Below the pieces are notes generated by a model. The model ran no database searches. It was not told the origin of the DNA and saw nothing but the letters and a program-made list of their open reading frames with translations. From positions 570,001-602,000 of the forward strand of contig NC_013202.1 of assembly GCF_000023965.1 (NCBI RefSeq): a stretch of DNA of 32,000 nt. Direction: 5' to 3'. Shown here in pieces: positions 31,000 through 32,000 of this stretch. The DNA comes from Halomicrobium mukohataei DSM 12286 (lineage in GTDB: Archaea; Halobacteriota; Halobacteria; Halobacteriales; Haloarculaceae). Position 1 is the first letter of the stretch; every line of letters starts with the position of its first letter. A program made the translations under genes and the position numbers.

Positions 31000-31296
31000 A
31001 TGACGATAGAGACACTCGGGACGGTCGGACTGCTGTTACAGGGCTACGAACTGGTCGGTGCGGCGCTTGGCCTGTTCATCGCCTACCTGGCGTTCAGGGG
31101 GTATCGGCGCAACGACAGCCGACCGATGCTGTTCTTCGCGATCGGGTTCGGGATCATTCTGGGGTTGCCCCTCCCCGTCGTCGCGCTGTCGCTGGTGTTC
31201 CCGTGGCTGTCCGGTCCGGGAGGACAGGCGATCATCCAGACGTTCGAACTGGTCGGTCTCGTCTGTATCATCTACGCGCTCCGGATGGACCCCTGA
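31000..31296 (+). CDS. small three-TM membrane protein, translationally abutting the wHTH gene
   Basis: 98 aa and hydrophobic (LVGAALGLFIAYLAF, MLFFAIGFGIILGLPLPVVALSLVF, LVGLVCIIYAL). Pairing of a wHTH regulator with a small membrane protein is common in haloarchaea. Confidence 0.6.
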   Translation: MTIETLGTVGLLLQGYELVGAALGLFIAYLAFRGYRRNDSRPMLFFAIGFGIILGLPLPVVALSLVFPWLSGPGGQAIIQTFELVGLVCIIYALRMDP

Positions 31297-31314
31297 CGGT
31301 CACACCGCCGACAG

Positions 31315-32000
31315 TCACTCCCGCGCGGGCGGTGGGGTGTATCCCTCCAGATCGGCGTCCCGCAGGTCGACGTCGGCCCCGTCTTCGGCGGCCTTGTACG
31401 CGGCCATACAGAGCCGGAGGATCCGGACGCCGTCGGAGAGGTCGAGCGTACCGTTCTCGCCGGCTCGGAACGCCGCCACCGCATCCCGGTTCTCGGCGAC
31501 GAAACCCGCGGTGACCACGTCGGCGGCGGCGATGGGCATTCGCCCGCTGGTGGCGGTCTGTTTCTCCGCCCACCCCTCGCCCTCGCCCAGCTCGTCCGAG
31601 AAGAAGACGCTGGAAGACTCGTCGTCGGACAGCACCTGCCCGGAGTACTCCGGCCCGAGCAGCTCGATCGTCCGACGGACGCCCGAGCCGACGTAACACC
31701 ACGATCCGGTCGCTTCCGAGACGACGGTCCGGCCGTCCTCGTCCTCGTAACGCACCGTCGTCCGGGCGTAGTCGTCGACCGGGTTCGACCGGAAGTCGAT
31801 GCCGAAGTCGGCTTCGAGCTGGTCGGCGTAGTCGTCCTGTTGCCACTTGATCGTCTCCGTGTCGGCGGAGACGCTGACCGGTTCGAGGTCGTCCCCGCCG
31901 TTCGGGTCCGACAGCAGGAAGTCGTTGCCCGCGAGCGCGTGACACAGCATGTCCGTCAGCGCGCCCCCACCCTGCTTGCGGCCGTCCCAGAACCACCCGG
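31315..32000 (-). CDS. Gfo/Idh/MocA family oxidoreductase, C-terminal part (5' end outside the window)
   Basis: The frame stays open to the window edge (...WFWDGRKQGGGALTDMLCHALAG...). It is a clear paralogue of the gene at 11340-12587, sharing strings such as TIELLGPEYSG, SWC.VGSG and AFRAGEN. Confidence 0.8.
   Translation of the reverse strand, partial: GWFWDGRKQGGGALTDMLCHALAGNDFLLSDPNGGDDLEPVSVSADTETIKWQQDDYADQLEADFGIDFRSNPVDDYARTTVRYEDEDGRTVVSEATGSWCYVGSGVRRTIELLGPEYSGQVLSDDESSSVFFSDELGEGEGWAEKQTATSGRMPIAAADVVTAGFVAENRDAVAAFRAGENGTLDLSDGVRILRLCMAAYKAAEDGADVDLRDADLEGYTPPPARE

Overview
High-GC, hyper-acidic coding sequence that I infer to be a haloarchaeal (class Halobacteria) chromosome segment. 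Supporting signs are an archaeal SepF, aIF1/SUI1, EngB, an MCM-family ATPase, a twin-arginine signal peptide, and TATA-like boxes about 25-30 nt upstream of start codons. About 33 genes are supportable. They are: a partial MBL-fold hydrolase, a small wHTH protein, a hyper-acidic zinc-ribbon protein, a DUF5611-like protein, an ABC-2 exporter pair, sepF, DUF1028, a SIMPL lipoprotein, DUF389/TIGR00341, a 1057-aa Tat-secreted multidomain protein (2 chitin-binding modules, 5 PKD repeats, 1 cupredoxin, 1 unrecognised C-terminal domain), four Gfo/Idh/MocA oxidoreductases, engB, a soluble hybrid-type histidine kinase, aIF1, a MoxR-DUF58-transglutaminase operon, several small zinc-ribbon and membrane proteins, a GNAT, tRNA-Phe(GAA), a sulfatase-family protein and a wHTH plus small membrane protein pair. 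The stand-out region is a roughly 3.7-kb island directly 3' of tRNA-Phe (about 23193-27060). It starts with a duplicated tRNA 3' end (att-like). It carries an MCM-type AAA+/winged-helix protein that lacks the whole MCM N-terminal domain. It also carries a strongly low-GC, haloadapted (acidic) 619-aa orphan ORF with a clear C-terminal PD-(D/E)xK nuclease signature. No integrase or virion genes are present. I flag this ATPase + nuclease pair as the best candidate for an undescribed (defence-like or MGE-derived) system. A decayed provirus or plasmid remnant is the main alternative. Many very long ORFs in the six-frame track are antisense or off-frame artefacts of the high GC content and are rejected.
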